Shown here in pieces: positions 8,688-17,361 of a stretch of DNA of 35,738 bases (position 1 is the stretch's first letter; every line of letters starts with the position of its first letter). Location of the stretch: the IMG/VR virus record IMGVR_UViG_2778261460_000003. One strand, 5' to 3'. Position numbers and translations under genes: made by a program. A model generated the notes under the pieces. It did not search any database and was not told the origin of the DNA. It was given only the letters and a program-made list of their open reading frames with translations. The stretch is from a virus. Its lineage: Duplodnaviria; Heunggongvirae; Uroviricota; Caudoviricetes.

Positions 8688-9276
8688 CATTTTCCTGAGT
8701 CTGCCTGGTTGTTTCTTCAGCCTGTATATCGCCTACAGGGTGATAACGATAAATCGTCGATATGCCGATGTCGTAAATGATCGCCAGTTGTTTCCTGTCA
8801 TGACCGTTTTTAATCAGCCTCGCTATTTGCTCGTGTTGTTCTTTTGTCAACTTCGGGCGACGTCCGCCAATGCGTCCTTGTGCGCGTGCTGCTGCCAGCC
8901 CGGCCAGTGTACGCTCTACAATTAATTCACGTTCCATTTCGGCTAAAGCTCCCATGACGTGAAAAAAGAAACGCCCCATGGGTGTTGATGTGTCAATGCT
9001 GTCCGTCAGACTACGGAAATTAACACCTTTTTCCCGCAATTCCTCAATAAGCGTGATCAGGTGTTTCATACTTCTGCCCAGTCTGTCCAGCTTCCAGACA
9101 ACCAGCGTATCTCCTTCTGATAGCGTTCTGAGCAGTTTTTTCAATCCCGGTCTGGCTGATTTCGTTCCGCTGATTTTATCTTCAAAAATCAGTTCACATC
9201 CTGCGCACTCCAGCGCGTTACGCTGCAATTCTGTATTCTGGTCATTTGTTGATACGCGGACATAGCCAATAAGCAT
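8677..9276 (-). CDS. Serine recombinase, DNA invertase of the Pin/Gin/Cin/Hin family
   Basis: MLIGYVRVSTNDQ N-terminus with catalytic Ser in VSTNDQ, then WKLDRLGRSMKHL and a C-terminal HTH; closely matches my recollection of e14 Pin. Adjacent to the invertible fibre segment. Confidence 0.9.
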   Translation of the reverse strand: MLIGYVRVSTNDQNTELQRNALECAGCELIFEDKISGTKSARPGLKKLLRTLSEGDTLVVWKLDRLGRSMKHLITLIEELREKGVNFRSLTDSIDTSTPMGRFFFHVMGALAEMERELIVERTLAGLAAARAQGRIGGRRPKLTKEQHEQIARLIKNGHDRKQLAIIYDIGISTIYRYHPVGDIQAEETTRQTQENENR

Positions 9277-9303
9277 GATGGATCCCCTGAATAAAAACCG
9301 GGG

Positions 9304-9813
9304 ATGATGCCAGTTAGCCGTAATCTCTGCATTTTCTTAAACGTTGGTTTGGGAGAAACGATAGATAAAGCCTCCGGAGCTATGCAGAAATCGGCTAATG
9401 GATATGATATTTCTGATGTATCAGCCTTCCGAAATGCGCTCCAGTTAGGGACCGCTGCAACACGAGATGTTGGAGCAGATAATGCCTCGAAGTTACTGGA
9501 TTTAGACAGCTTCAGGTCAATGATGTCAGGTAATGGCTACATCTACATTCCATGCATTGCGACGACAGGAAACCCGGTGAAACTTATGTTGCAGTGGGGA
9601 ACGGTGGCAACACAAAAGGGAGTTGATGCTGGATATGCCTTACCATTTGCTTTTCCCTATGCAGGTTTGTTTGCGACCGGAAACCGTGGAACATCTGGCT
9701 ACAATGCCGCGATGAATGTGCGTATTGCCAGCAGAACGCATATCAGTATTCAGAACTGGTCGCCATCCGGAGAGGGCACCGAAGATTGTTGTTTTATCGC
9801 GTTGGGGTATTAA
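9304..9813 (+). CDS. Alternative tail-fibre C-terminal segment (Sv'-like); expressed only after fusion to the H N-terminus upon inversion
   Basis: Frame encodes ...FLNVGLGE|TIDK..., sharing GLGE with H exactly at the crossover site; followed by its own tail-fibre assembly gene. Confidence 0.65.
   Translation: MMPVSRNLCIFLNVGLGETIDKASGAMQKSANGYDISDVSAFRNALQLGTAATRDVGADNASKLLDLDSFRSMMSGNGYIYIPCIATTGNPVKLMLQWGTVATQKGVDAGYALPFAFPYAGLFATGNRGTSGYNAAMNVRIASRTHISIQNWSPSGEGTEDCCFIALGY
9332..9357. repeat. gix/hix-like inversion crossover site (right site)
   Basis: TTTTCTTAAACG-TT-GGTTTGGGAGAA; right half and core are a perfect inverted copy of 11241-11254; resembles the remembered gix consensus. Confidence 0.5.
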
Positions 9814-9815
9814 GA

Positions 9816-10232
9816 ATGAATAAATTTTATAAAGGCTCTTTCTATCCGGAAGCACTAAAAGATGTATATATCAGCGCCGGTTCATGGCCTGAAAATGGCG
9901 CTGATGTTGATGATGAAACAATGGCAATTTACACAGGCGTAGCGCCAGAAGGCAAAACGCTGGGGGCTGATAAAAATGGTAATCCTGCGTGGATTGATAT
10001 CCCGCCACTCTCCGCTGAACAACAGATTATTCAGGCTGAACAGAAAAGAACGGTATTGCGTTCTATGGCTGATAAGGAAATAGTCTGGAGACAGGATGCT
10101 TTTGATGCGGAAATCGCGACGGCAGAAGAAACCGCCGCGTTATCTGAATGGAAAAAATACCGGGTCTTGCTGATGCGCGTTGATACATCAAATCCCGTCT
10201 GGCCTACGCCTCCGGGGGAGCAGGCCAATTGA
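9816..10232 (+). CDS. Tail fibre assembly protein (alternative, U'-like)
   Basis: Ends ...NPVWPTPPGEQAN (WPxxP tail-fibre-assembly motif); convergent with and overlapping the 3' end of the G-like gene. Start chosen at MNKFYKG. Confidence 0.7.
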   Translation: MNKFYKGSFYPEALKDVYISAGSWPENGADVDDETMAIYTGVAPEGKTLGADKNGNPAWIDIPPLSAEQQIIQAEQKRTVLRSMADKEIVWRQDAFDAEIATAEETAALSEWKKYRVLLMRVDTSNPVWPTPPGEQAN

Positions 10233-10797
10233 TATCCGGCGCGGTGCTGGTATCTGTTGCCGTCACCGCGTCAATGTAATCCAGCACAGCGTTAAGCCGG
10301 GTTGTTTCTGCCTGCGTCAGTTTCCGCCCGGCCTGTAATTTCAGCTGAGTCAGACTAATGGAAGCCATTGCAGCATCAATCAGCAACTGGCGCTGTGCTT
10401 CTGCCGCGTCTACTGCGGCGCTATGCTGTGCCTCGGTATCCGTCACCCATTTCTCACCATCCCATTTATCGTATGGCGTTAACGGTGAAAGCGTGACATA
10501 ACCGTCTTTGATGGCACCGATATAATCCACTGTAACAGCTGCGCCATTTTCGATTGAGTAAACAGTCTCATTGCGATGGTCCTCTTCATGGCTCCATCCC
10601 TTACCCGTGAATACTGCCACTTGCCCCGGAATGTTTTCGCCCGGGTCAATACCAGTGGAACAGGCGGGCATACTTACGCCAGTATTAATATATTCATCAG
10701 ACCAGCCCGTATATTCAGACGTTACTGCATCATAATAAAAACAACGCATATCACCCGGCACTGTAGCCAGTCCATTTTCATCAAAAACAGGTTTCAT
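10204..10797 (-). CDS. G: Tail fibre assembly protein (gpG-like)
   Basis: 197 aa ending ...DINWPAPPEA; directly downstream of H. Confidence 0.8.
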   Translation of the reverse strand: MKPVFDENGLATVPGDMRCFYYDAVTSEYTGWSDEYINTGVSMPACSTGIDPGENIPGQVAVFTGKGWSHEEDHRNETVYSIENGAAVTVDYIGAIKDGYVTLSPLTPYDKWDGEKWVTDTEAQHSAAVDAAEAQRQLLIDAAMASISLTQLKLQAGRKLTQAETTRLNAVLDYIDAVTATDTSTAPDINWPAPPEA

Positions 10798-12386
10798 TAT
10801 TTAGCCCTCACCAGAAAGTTAAATGCAATATTTCGCGGTCTGACAGCAACAAAATTAACACCATCTCCTACTGAGTTACTGGTGTACTGAAATCGAGAGA
10901 AACCTGGCTGGTGTGCTGATATTCCATCGTAATCAGCAATCGCATGGCCGGACCCTTCTGGATAATTACCACCAAATTGCGATAAAGATGTTGCTGCCTG
11001 CCAGCTTAATAATGCTCGCCCACTGTCCGCCCCTCGCCCATCATCCCAGATACGAATGAAGTCACCGCGGGCTTCAGGTAATACCAGCGAAGGAAACACT
11101 TTTGCCAGCACAGGGTAATCAGTGGCAGAGAATTTCGCGCCGTTGAACTTCAAAAACACCATGCCGGACCAGCTTTCGATTACGGTATCTGGCATTGCGG
11201 CGGACGGCCAGAAGAACGGAACGCCAATAGCTGGAGCACCTTCTCCCAAACCAAGGTAATCAAGAACTCCCTGAGTGCTGGTTTTACCAAGAATGGCACG
11301 TCCAACACTTGTCAACGCGGTTAACGCGGCACGATCTGCTCCTGTAAAATATGGGAGTTTATCTGCTGATGTAGCAAGCTCCGCCAGCGCCGTCAGGGTG
11401 GCATCCTTCGGTTGCTTACCCGCAAGCGCGTTAGTCATGGTGGTCGCAAAATTCGGGTCATTGCCCAGCGCCGCAGCCAGTTCGTTCAGCGTGTTCAGTG
11501 CATCAGGTGACGAATCTACAAGTGCGGCAATCGCGGCCATAACGAAAGCCGTGCTTGCGATCTGGGTACTATTAGTCCCCTGTGGCGCTGTTGGTGTTGT
11601 TGGCGTTCCGGTCAGTGCCGGGCTGTTTAATGGTGCTTTCTTGCTCGTTTCATCCATTACCGCCTTAACAGCTTTTGGTGTCGCTGCCAGCGTTTCAGAC
11701 GTGCTGTTCGTGGCGCTACTGAGCTGAACAATCCCTTTTTGTGTTGTGGTGGCGTTCTGGGCGGTATATTTCCCGTCAGCCAGGTCATATGCAGCCTTAA
11801 CTGCTTTCGGTGTTGCGGCCAGTGTTTCTGATTCACTGTTAATTGCACTGCTTAACTGAGTAAAACCTTTTGCGGTCAGCGAGGCGTCCGGGTGACGTCG
11901 TGACTGTTCGTGCTCTGAGATTTTATCATCCACATATTTGCGGGTTGCCAGAATCACAGACGGGTCGATTTTCAGCGTGATGGCTTCGGTGTTCGTGACA
12001 ACCAGAATCATGCGGATAGTCTGGGTGCGTCCACTGCCTTCCTGCAACTGCGGTTTGTACGTTTCCGGGCAGTTTGCCACCGCAATGAGTACACCTTCAT
12101 CATCATAAAGACCAATCTCACGGATCCAGAATCCTCCCTCGTTTTCAGGGATGATTTGCTCCGCAATAATCTGGCTCTGATTGTTAGGGTCAACACTCAG
12201 AAGATTCAGCGGTGCAATGCGTTTCTGGTTAATCAGTTTTGTTTGTGCAGGGTCTGGTGTTGGTAACACACCATTTGCATCACCAACGGCCATTTGCGTC
12301 AGATTCAGCTTACTGCCGAGCATCGTCGCGTTAGCCAGTCGTGCTGCGCCCTGATTAGTCAGAATGGCGTAGTATTTCACTGTCAT
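10797..12386 (-). CDS. H: Tail fibre protein (gpH-like), constant N-terminus plus currently fused variable C-terminus
   Basis: 529 aa with repeated TQLSSA..SETLAATPKAVKA motifs typical of fibres; contains the left crossover site inside the coding sequence. Confidence 0.85.
   Translation of the reverse strand: MTVKYYAILTNQGAARLANATMLGSKLNLTQMAVGDANGVLPTPDPAQTKLINQKRIAPLNLLSVDPNNQSQIIAEQIIPENEGGFWIREIGLYDDEGVLIAVANCPETYKPQLQEGSGRTQTIRMILVVTNTEAITLKIDPSVILATRKYVDDKISEHEQSRRHPDASLTAKGFTQLSSAINSESETLAATPKAVKAAYDLADGKYTAQNATTTQKGIVQLSSATNSTSETLAATPKAVKAVMDETSKKAPLNSPALTGTPTTPTAPQGTNSTQIASTAFVMAAIAALVDSSPDALNTLNELAAALGNDPNFATTMTNALAGKQPKDATLTALAELATSADKLPYFTGADRAALTALTSVGRAILGKTSTQGVLDYLGLGEGAPAIGVPFFWPSAAMPDTVIESWSGMVFLKFNGAKFSATDYPVLAKVFPSLVLPEARGDFIRIWDDGRGADSGRALLSWQAATSLSQFGGNYPEGSGHAIADYDGISAHQPGFSRFQYTSNSVGDGVNFVAVRPRNIAFNFLVRAK
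11241..11266. repeat. gix/hix-like inversion crossover site (left site, inside H)
   Basis: TTCTCCCAAACC-AA-GGTAATCAAGAA; 14-bp perfect inverted repeat with 9344-9357. Confidence 0.5.
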
Positions 12387-12991
12387 GCGTTTACTCTCAG
12401 ATTATCAATTAAATGAATGGCCGGGGCAGGGAAATAATCCCCTTCGACAATAATGGACTCCGGGGTGTAGGGATAAACCGTCAGGGCATCGCCGTGATAG
12501 CATCCCGTACCAACGAAAATCTTTCCGTTCACACTCAGGCTGATCGCCAGCCCCGTCAGATGGCGACTTACTGGTTTTGCATCCGCAACAAGGCGCTCAA
12601 GTTCCTGATACATTTCATCGGTGATGCCCTGATCAAGTACTCCGACAACAATGCGAAATGTTCCTGGCTCCTCGTTGAGTTGCCACCACTCCTTTACTTC
12701 AATCAGGTAGCCGAGAGGCTCCACGGCTCTTCGCAGTGCGCTGATGGTCCCTTTGTGTCGGTGTATCAGCCATGCATCACGAATTACCTGTCGCTTTGTC
12801 TCTTCCGGCCAGTTGCGATCCCAGCGGTCAACGGAAAACGCCCAGGCGAGATAAGGCAGCAGATGCACCGGGCAGGTATCCGGCGACCACAGCGTATTGA
12901 GGTCTACCGGAATGTCTGTAATGCGTGTTCCGACGGCTTCGGCACAACGCATGAAACTGCTGGCTGATGGCGGTAACAGTGAATTACTCAT
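12383..12991 (-). CDS. I: Baseplate assembly protein gpI
   Basis: Position between H and J; internal start at MSNSLL chosen to limit overlap with J (track ORF extends to 13024). Confidence 0.7.
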   Translation of the reverse strand: MSNSLLPPSASSFMRCAEAVGTRITDIPVDLNTLWSPDTCPVHLLPYLAWAFSVDRWDRNWPEETKRQVIRDAWLIHRHKGTISALRRAVEPLGYLIEVKEWWQLNEEPGTFRIVVGVLDQGITDEMYQELERLVADAKPVSRHLTGLAISLSVNGKIFVGTGCYHGDALTVYPYTPESIIVEGDYFPAPAIHLIDNLRVNA

Positions 12992-13880
12992 TGCGCCCAC
13001 CTTCGCTGATGGTAAATGACTCACAGCGCGCCGCCTGTATGTCGCTGATGGCCATATTCTGTGTGGGTTCGATTATCTCCACGCGTTGCACGCCGTGCAC
13101 ATGAAGTGCGGCAGCAATGGCGGACAACGCCACGTCCTGACCGATAAGCCCCTGTTCAGCCAGCCACTTCCTGAATGACGATTCCGCCGCGGCCAGAATA
13201 GGTTCGGATTCCGGGCCGGGGTAAAAGTACAGTTTTGCATTCAGCCGCCATGTCACGATTCTGGCGCTCTGTACCGTCAGGCGGTCGGCCACCGGGCGGG
13301 TATCCTCTGCATTCAGAACGGCGCGAACGGTATTAAGCAACGCCTCCGTTGCTGTGCCGTCGCCTTCAGTGGACAGGATGGAAACCGTCACACAGGCCGG
13401 AGACGGACTGATAGCCCGCGCATCGCGCACCAGACCGCTGGCGCTGCGGGCAAAATACTCGTATGCACCTGACGGGCCAGCAACACTCAGGCCGTCGTAC
13501 GCCCGCTGCGCCCGCAGTCTCAGCGAGGTGTCGCTCTCCATCACCGCGTCGGTGGTATCCGTTGCCGGAGTGATAACCAGGCGCTTTGTGTTCATATTGC
13601 CCGCGAGGTTGTCCAGATTTGTCCCTGAACCGTGGCTTAACATGCAGGCGCGTGCGCCCTCGTTAACCCGCTGGCGTAACAGCATTTCACGAAAAGACAT
13701 GGTTTGAGCGATAACGTTCAGGGGTTCCGATTCCAGCTCCAGCGCGGCGGAGACGGCTTCACGCTGTTCGGCAGGATAGGACGCAATCATCATGGCCTTT
13801 GTGTCAGCCAGAATTGCCTCAAAATCAGGCTCCGCGATGATGGCGGGTTCCGGTAACTGGGAAAGGTCAACAGCAGGCAT
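12984..13880 (-). CDS. J: Baseplate assembly protein gpJ
   Basis: 298 aa; P2 J-like size and position. Confidence 0.85.
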   Translation of the reverse strand: MPAVDLSQLPEPAIIAEPDFEAILADTKAMMIASYPAEQREAVSAALELESEPLNVIAQTMSFREMLLRQRVNEGARACMLSHGSGTNLDNLAGNMNTKRLVITPATDTTDAVMESDTSLRLRAQRAYDGLSVAGPSGAYEYFARSASGLVRDARAISPSPACVTVSILSTEGDGTATEALLNTVRAVLNAEDTRPVADRLTVQSARIVTWRLNAKLYFYPGPESEPILAAAESSFRKWLAEQGLIGQDVALSAIAAALHVHGVQRVEIIEPTQNMAISDIQAARCESFTISEGGRNE

Positions 13881-13883
13881 GAT

Positions 13884-14234
13884 TTACTCTCTCAGCGTGA
13901 TGGTTAATTCAACATTCTGCATGGTCTGCATGACAGTGCCCGACAGCGTCACCCCGGCGCGGCCTCCTGCCTTCCAGACAACGTCGATGGCGTCCAGGGC
14001 AATGCGGGGTTCCCATCGTGTCAGCGCAATCACGGCAGCACTCATGCATTGCAGACGCGTGGTGTTATTCATGGGTTCGTCAATCAAATCAGGCACAAGG
14101 CTGCCATATTCCCGTCGCATAACTCGGCTTGCCAGCGGGGTGGTCAGGATGTCCCTGACTGACTGTTTCAGGTGCTCCGTATCGTTCAGGTTTTCCGTCC
14201 CGTCCGGATTCATTCCTGTGTAGCGGGTTGTCAC
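13884..14234 (-). CDS. W: Baseplate wedge protein gpW
   Basis: 116 aa; P2 W-like size and position. Confidence 0.8.
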   Translation of the reverse strand: MTTRYTGMNPDGTENLNDTEHLKQSVRDILTTPLASRVMRREYGSLVPDLIDEPMNNTTRLQCMSAAVIALTRWEPRIALDAIDVVWKAGGRAGVTLSGTVMQTMQNVELTITLRE

Positions 14235-14812
14235 TGCGGGCCTCCTGTCGAATCGCTGCCGCCTTTCACGCCACCGTGTTTATGCGTATGCACGGTAATG
14301 CCGTTTGAGGTGAAGTTGCCGCCGCTGTGCGTGATATTGCCGCTCATCTTTCCTCCTTTTGTGACGTCAAGCGTCGCTGTTCTCAGAAGGTTTGTGCATT
14401 CCACGACGGGCGTATCCAGTTTCACGCTGACGGATGTCTGCAAAGTGGCCGTTTTCATGCCGCTGGCGTTCAGTGCGCCTGCGTCCGCGTCGTAGCGGAA
14501 CACCGCGCCGTCCGGCGCGCTGACCACGATTTCTTTCAGGCTTTTGCCGGGTGCCGGATTGGCATCACTCCACAGGCTGCCAATTATCATGGCGGTTTCC
14601 GGGTTGCCGCCGATGCAGGCAATTACCACCTGTTCGCCTGGTGATGGCGGCAGCCATACATTGAAGGCTCCCGCGCGCGTGGTGTTCCAGCGCAGCCAGC
14701 CTGTTTCCAGTTCGCCGCTGCGAACGCGTACGCACCAGGATTCCTCATCAACTTCAGAGATGATCCCGGTGCGGATGATGTTGCTCAGCAGTCGCATGAG
14801 TTCTGCGCTCAC
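14231..14812 (-). CDS. V: Baseplate spike / assembly protein gpV
   Basis: 193 aa; P2 V-like size and position, Gly-rich C-terminal tip. Confidence 0.8.
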   Translation of the reverse strand: MSAELMRLLSNIIRTGIISEVDEESWCVRVRSGELETGWLRWNTTRAGAFNVWLPPSPGEQVVIACIGGNPETAMIIGSLWSDANPAPGKSLKEIVVSAPDGAVFRYDADAGALNASGMKTATLQTSVSVKLDTPVVECTNLLRTATLDVTKGGKMSGNITHSGGNFTSNGITVHTHKHGGVKGGSDSTGGPQ

Positions 14813-15453
14813 CGTACAGCCTCCGCAATCCGGCCCAGCACCGTGTTATAAATCAGGCGTTCATCTGCCTGACTGATGCCCAACAGCTCACGTACCGGGT
14901 AATCGGTGAAAATGCCCGGCGCAACCTGATCGCGCTCACCGAACTGATGAACGCGTGCAATACGTGCGGCCACGCCGCTGTAACCCACCGTCACACCGGA
15001 AGCATCTGCACGGGCTTTCAGGTAGCGGGCGGTGCGCAGTTTTACGAACATGGGGACGCGCTTTGTGCTGTCCTGGTTGATGCGCCGGGTGCGTATTTCC
15101 AGAAAACGGTCGATGTCATCCCGGTAAAACGTGCGGATATTGTTTTTATCCTCATCCCACCCGGTAATGGTTCGCCCGTATTTCCCCGTGTCGTGATGCC
15201 AGTTTTTCAGCGTGCGTGCTTCGTTATTCCAGATAAAGCGAATGCGCTCCTGTATCCGGGTTACGCGGCGTCTGCGTGGTGTCCATGCGGTCCCGTCCGG
15301 CGCTTTCTGTGACCGGATACGTGCCTGCTGGGCGCGGCGTAAATCCTGTGCCAGCTTTCTGGCGATGTTATTGATGGCCTGCTGATTCAGGCTGTCGCGG
15401 ATGGCCTCAAAGGTTTCATCCACGCGGGTGAATGCCTTATCCATCGCTTTCAC
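14809..15453 (-). CDS. S: Tail completion / virion morphogenesis protein (gpS-like)
   Basis: Position between R and V. Longer than P2 S (214 vs about 150 aa), so the true start may be internal. Confidence 0.55.
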   Translation of the reverse strand: MKAMDKAFTRVDETFEAIRDSLNQQAINNIARKLAQDLRRAQQARIRSQKAPDGTAWTPRRRRVTRIQERIRFIWNNEARTLKNWHHDTGKYGRTITGWDEDKNNIRTFYRDDIDRFLEIRTRRINQDSTKRVPMFVKLRTARYLKARADASGVTVGYSGVAARIARVHQFGERDQVAPGIFTDYPVRELLGISQADERLIYNTVLGRIAEAVR

Positions 15454-15904
15454 CCCACGTCACATCCTGGAATACATGCGACCAGTCGCCTTCGGAAGAG
15501 GGCAGACGGGGTTTTGGCTCCGGCAGGTGTTCTGCCTGCGGTGTGCCCTGACTGTTGCGCGTAATGCGAACGCGTTCCCGCAGGGGGAGCGTAAACAGGA
15601 GATCGGCGCTGTCATCGTCATTGATAACGGCGGAAAATTTGATGTCCTGATTACGCTCCGGATTGAGCAACAACTGTGGCTGATTTTCGGATAACCACGC
15701 CAGTAGCGGCAGCGTGAGGTCGTCCAGCTCCCCGGCGTAATCCATGACAAACATCACCATCTGATAGCGGTAAACAAACGAGGGCGTTTCTCCGGTCGTT
15801 TCAATGTTGCCGCTCTCCACGAAAATGGTGAATTTTTCCGGGTTAGCCTGACACCATCGGCATGAACGGGTCATGGCTTCACGCAGGGAATCAGTTTTCA
15901 GCAT
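15437..15904 (-). CDS. R: Tail completion protein gpR
   Basis: 155 aa, matching P2 R in size and position. Confidence 0.75.
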   Translation of the reverse strand: MLKTDSLREAMTRSCRWCQANPEKFTIFVESGNIETTGETPSFVYRYQMVMFVMDYAGELDDLTLPLLAWLSENQPQLLLNPERNQDIKFSAVINDDDSADLLFTLPLRERVRITRNSQGTPQAEHLPEPKPRLPSSEGDWSHVFQDVTWGESDG

Positions 15905-16181
15905 GGTTGTTATCCTCGTTGTTCAGCCGTTGCAGCCTGCGCTGTTCCAGTAATTCAATGGCCTGTTTATCCGCGTTACAGGTTTCCAGTGCATCCAGAA
16001 GGCGGTCGCCCCATATACCGAGATTTCCCCATGTGGGAGTATCAGGGAAGGGGGGAGGCGTTACCGGTATGGTCAGCGTCTGCGGTATAAGCCGTACTGA
16101 CGGCGCTGGCCGAGGCGCGTTCTGCGTGCCTGCGCAGCCTGTCAGTAAAACGAGCGTCAGGCAAAGCGTGGGCGCATTCAT
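15891..16181 (-). CDS. Outer-membrane lipoprotein spanin component (LysC/Rz1-like)
   Basis: MNAPTLCLTLVLLTGC lipobox signal, Pro-rich mature part; starts inside the i-spanin gene in another frame and extends beyond it. Confidence 0.6.
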   Translation of the reverse strand: MNAPTLCLTLVLLTGCAGTQNAPRPAPSVRLIPQTLTIPVTPPPFPDTPTWGNLGIWGDRLLDALETCNADKQAIELLEQRRLQRLNNEDNNHAEN

Positions 16182-16449
16182 CTTTTGCAATATCGTTGCG
16201 TAGCTGTTCACGTCTTACCTCTCCGTCCTGATTGCGTTGCTGATTTTCCACGCGGAGTTGCGCCAGCACCTGCTGCATATCCTGTACCCCGGCGCTGATG
16301 ATATTCAGGGTGTCGGCGGTGCTTTTCAGGGTGCTGGCCTGCGCTTCGTTTCTGGCGTTCTCCCGGCCCAGCGACCACGACAGACGCATGGATGTTCCCC
16401 ATCCGGCAATCAGAAGGAAAGCGACGCCCAGCGTGGGCCAGAGCTTCAT
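16042..16449 (-). CDS. Inner-membrane spanin component (LysB/Rz-like)
   Basis: Start at MKLWPTLGVAFLLIAGW (N-terminal TM) followed by a coiled-coil-like region; ATGA overlap with the endolysin stop. Confidence 0.6.
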   Translation of the reverse strand: MKLWPTLGVAFLLIAGWGTSMRLSWSLGRENARNEAQASTLKSTADTLNIISAGVQDMQQVLAQLRVENQQRNQDGEVRREQLRNDIAKDECAHALPDARFTDRLRRHAERASASAVSTAYTADADHTGNASPLP

Positions 16450-16838
16450 GCCGGATAGGCTCTGTGTGGTAACTGAAAATGCGGTCCGTCTTTCAGAGTC
16501 TTCCAGTCGCCGCCCCATTCCACCGGAATACTCAGTTCCCGGCTGGCCTGTCTGAATGCTGCTGCGATTTTTTCGTACAGTGGCCATTCCCATGACACCT
16601 GGCTGCCGATATAAGCCACAACATCCACGGCATGCCCCGTAAGGTGGCGGCTGTTCATGGTCTGGCTCTTACCCGTGGCCACCAGTTGCTTCTGGCGGTA
16701 ACGGCTGCGCAACCCTTCGGTGATACCAAAATCCACTTCCGAAATTTCCAGTGCCCGTCGGGTCACTTTCACCAGATCAGGATTTACGCCCTGCAAATTC
16801 TTTTCGCTCCGGCTGCTGAATTTAAATGTGTTGCTCAT
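16446..16838 (-). CDS. Endolysin, peptidase M15-type (L-alanyl-D-glutamate peptidase-like)
   Basis: HLTGHAVDV and DGPHFQ motifs (His/Asp/His zinc site of M15 peptidases); lysis-cassette position between holin and spanins. Confidence 0.7.
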   Translation of the reverse strand: MSNTFKFSSRSEKNLQGVNPDLVKVTRRALEISEVDFGITEGLRSRYRQKQLVATGKSQTMNSRHLTGHAVDVVAYIGSQVSWEWPLYEKIAAAFRQASRELSIPVEWGGDWKTLKDGPHFQLPHRAYPA

Positions 16839-17158
16839 TCGTCCTTCTCCTTCCCCCTGCGATTAAAGGCCGCAATAACCTTGTCGCGTGCTTTCTCTGC
16901 GCCCATAAAACCGATTGATGCGCCGATAAACGTCACGGCATCTTCAGGAAACCCGAAGAAGCGCAACGACCCGGCCACGGCCATGGCAAGAACGCCGCAC
17001 GCCAGCGATCCCGTTACGGTCTGAACCAGTGTTCGTCCGTCATAAAGACTCATCAGCGCGGAAATGCTGACCGCCGCGCCTACTGCATACACCGTTGGCA
17101 GGTGGTCAAAGAGCCACGCAATAACCTGCTCTGTGATCCCTGTTTGAATGGTGCTCAC
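16835..17158 (-). CDS. Holin (putative; GTG start)
   Basis: About 107 aa with two or three hydrophobic helices and a charged C-terminus; GGGGGGAG RBS before GTG at 17158; overlaps the endolysin start. Confidence 0.5.
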   Translation of the reverse strand: MSTIQTGITEQVIAWLFDHLPTVYAVGAAVSISALMSLYDGRTLVQTVTGSLACGVLAMAVAGSLRFFGFPEDAVTFIGASIGFMGAEKARDKVIAAFNRRGKEKDE

Positions 17159-17160
17159 TG

Positions 17161-17361
17161 CTACTCCCCCCACAACTGAATCATTTCTCGTTTTTTCTTC
17201 TCCGGCTCCGGCATCTCCACTTCCTGCCCGGCGTCCAGAAATACCTGCTGGCAGAGTCCGGGGTTGGCATCCAGCACCTTTTCGGTGACGCCCTGCGTCG
17301 TGCCGTAGTACCGGAAACAGAGCGAATCCACGGTGTCGCCTTCCAGTGCCTTCACTTTCAT
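17161..17361 (-). CDS. X: Tail protein X (gpX-like)
   Basis: MKVKALEGDTVDSLCFRYYG... about 66 aa; P2 X position between L and the holin. Confidence 0.7.
   Translation of the reverse strand: MKVKALEGDTVDSLCFRYYGTTQGVTEKVLDANPGLCQQVFLDAGQEVEMPEPEKKKREMIQLWGE

Larger units (their letters stand above)
9344..11254. mobile_element. Invertible tail-fibre host-range segment (Mu G-segment / P1 C-segment-like)
   Basis: Bounded by the two inverted crossover sites; contains Sv'-U' on one strand and U-Sv on the other, with the invertase just outside. Confidence 0.55.

Noticed and set aside
12413-12967. 184-aa plus-strand ORF antisense to baseplate gene I
   Set aside because: Embedded antisense within a syntenic baseplate gene; no independent support.
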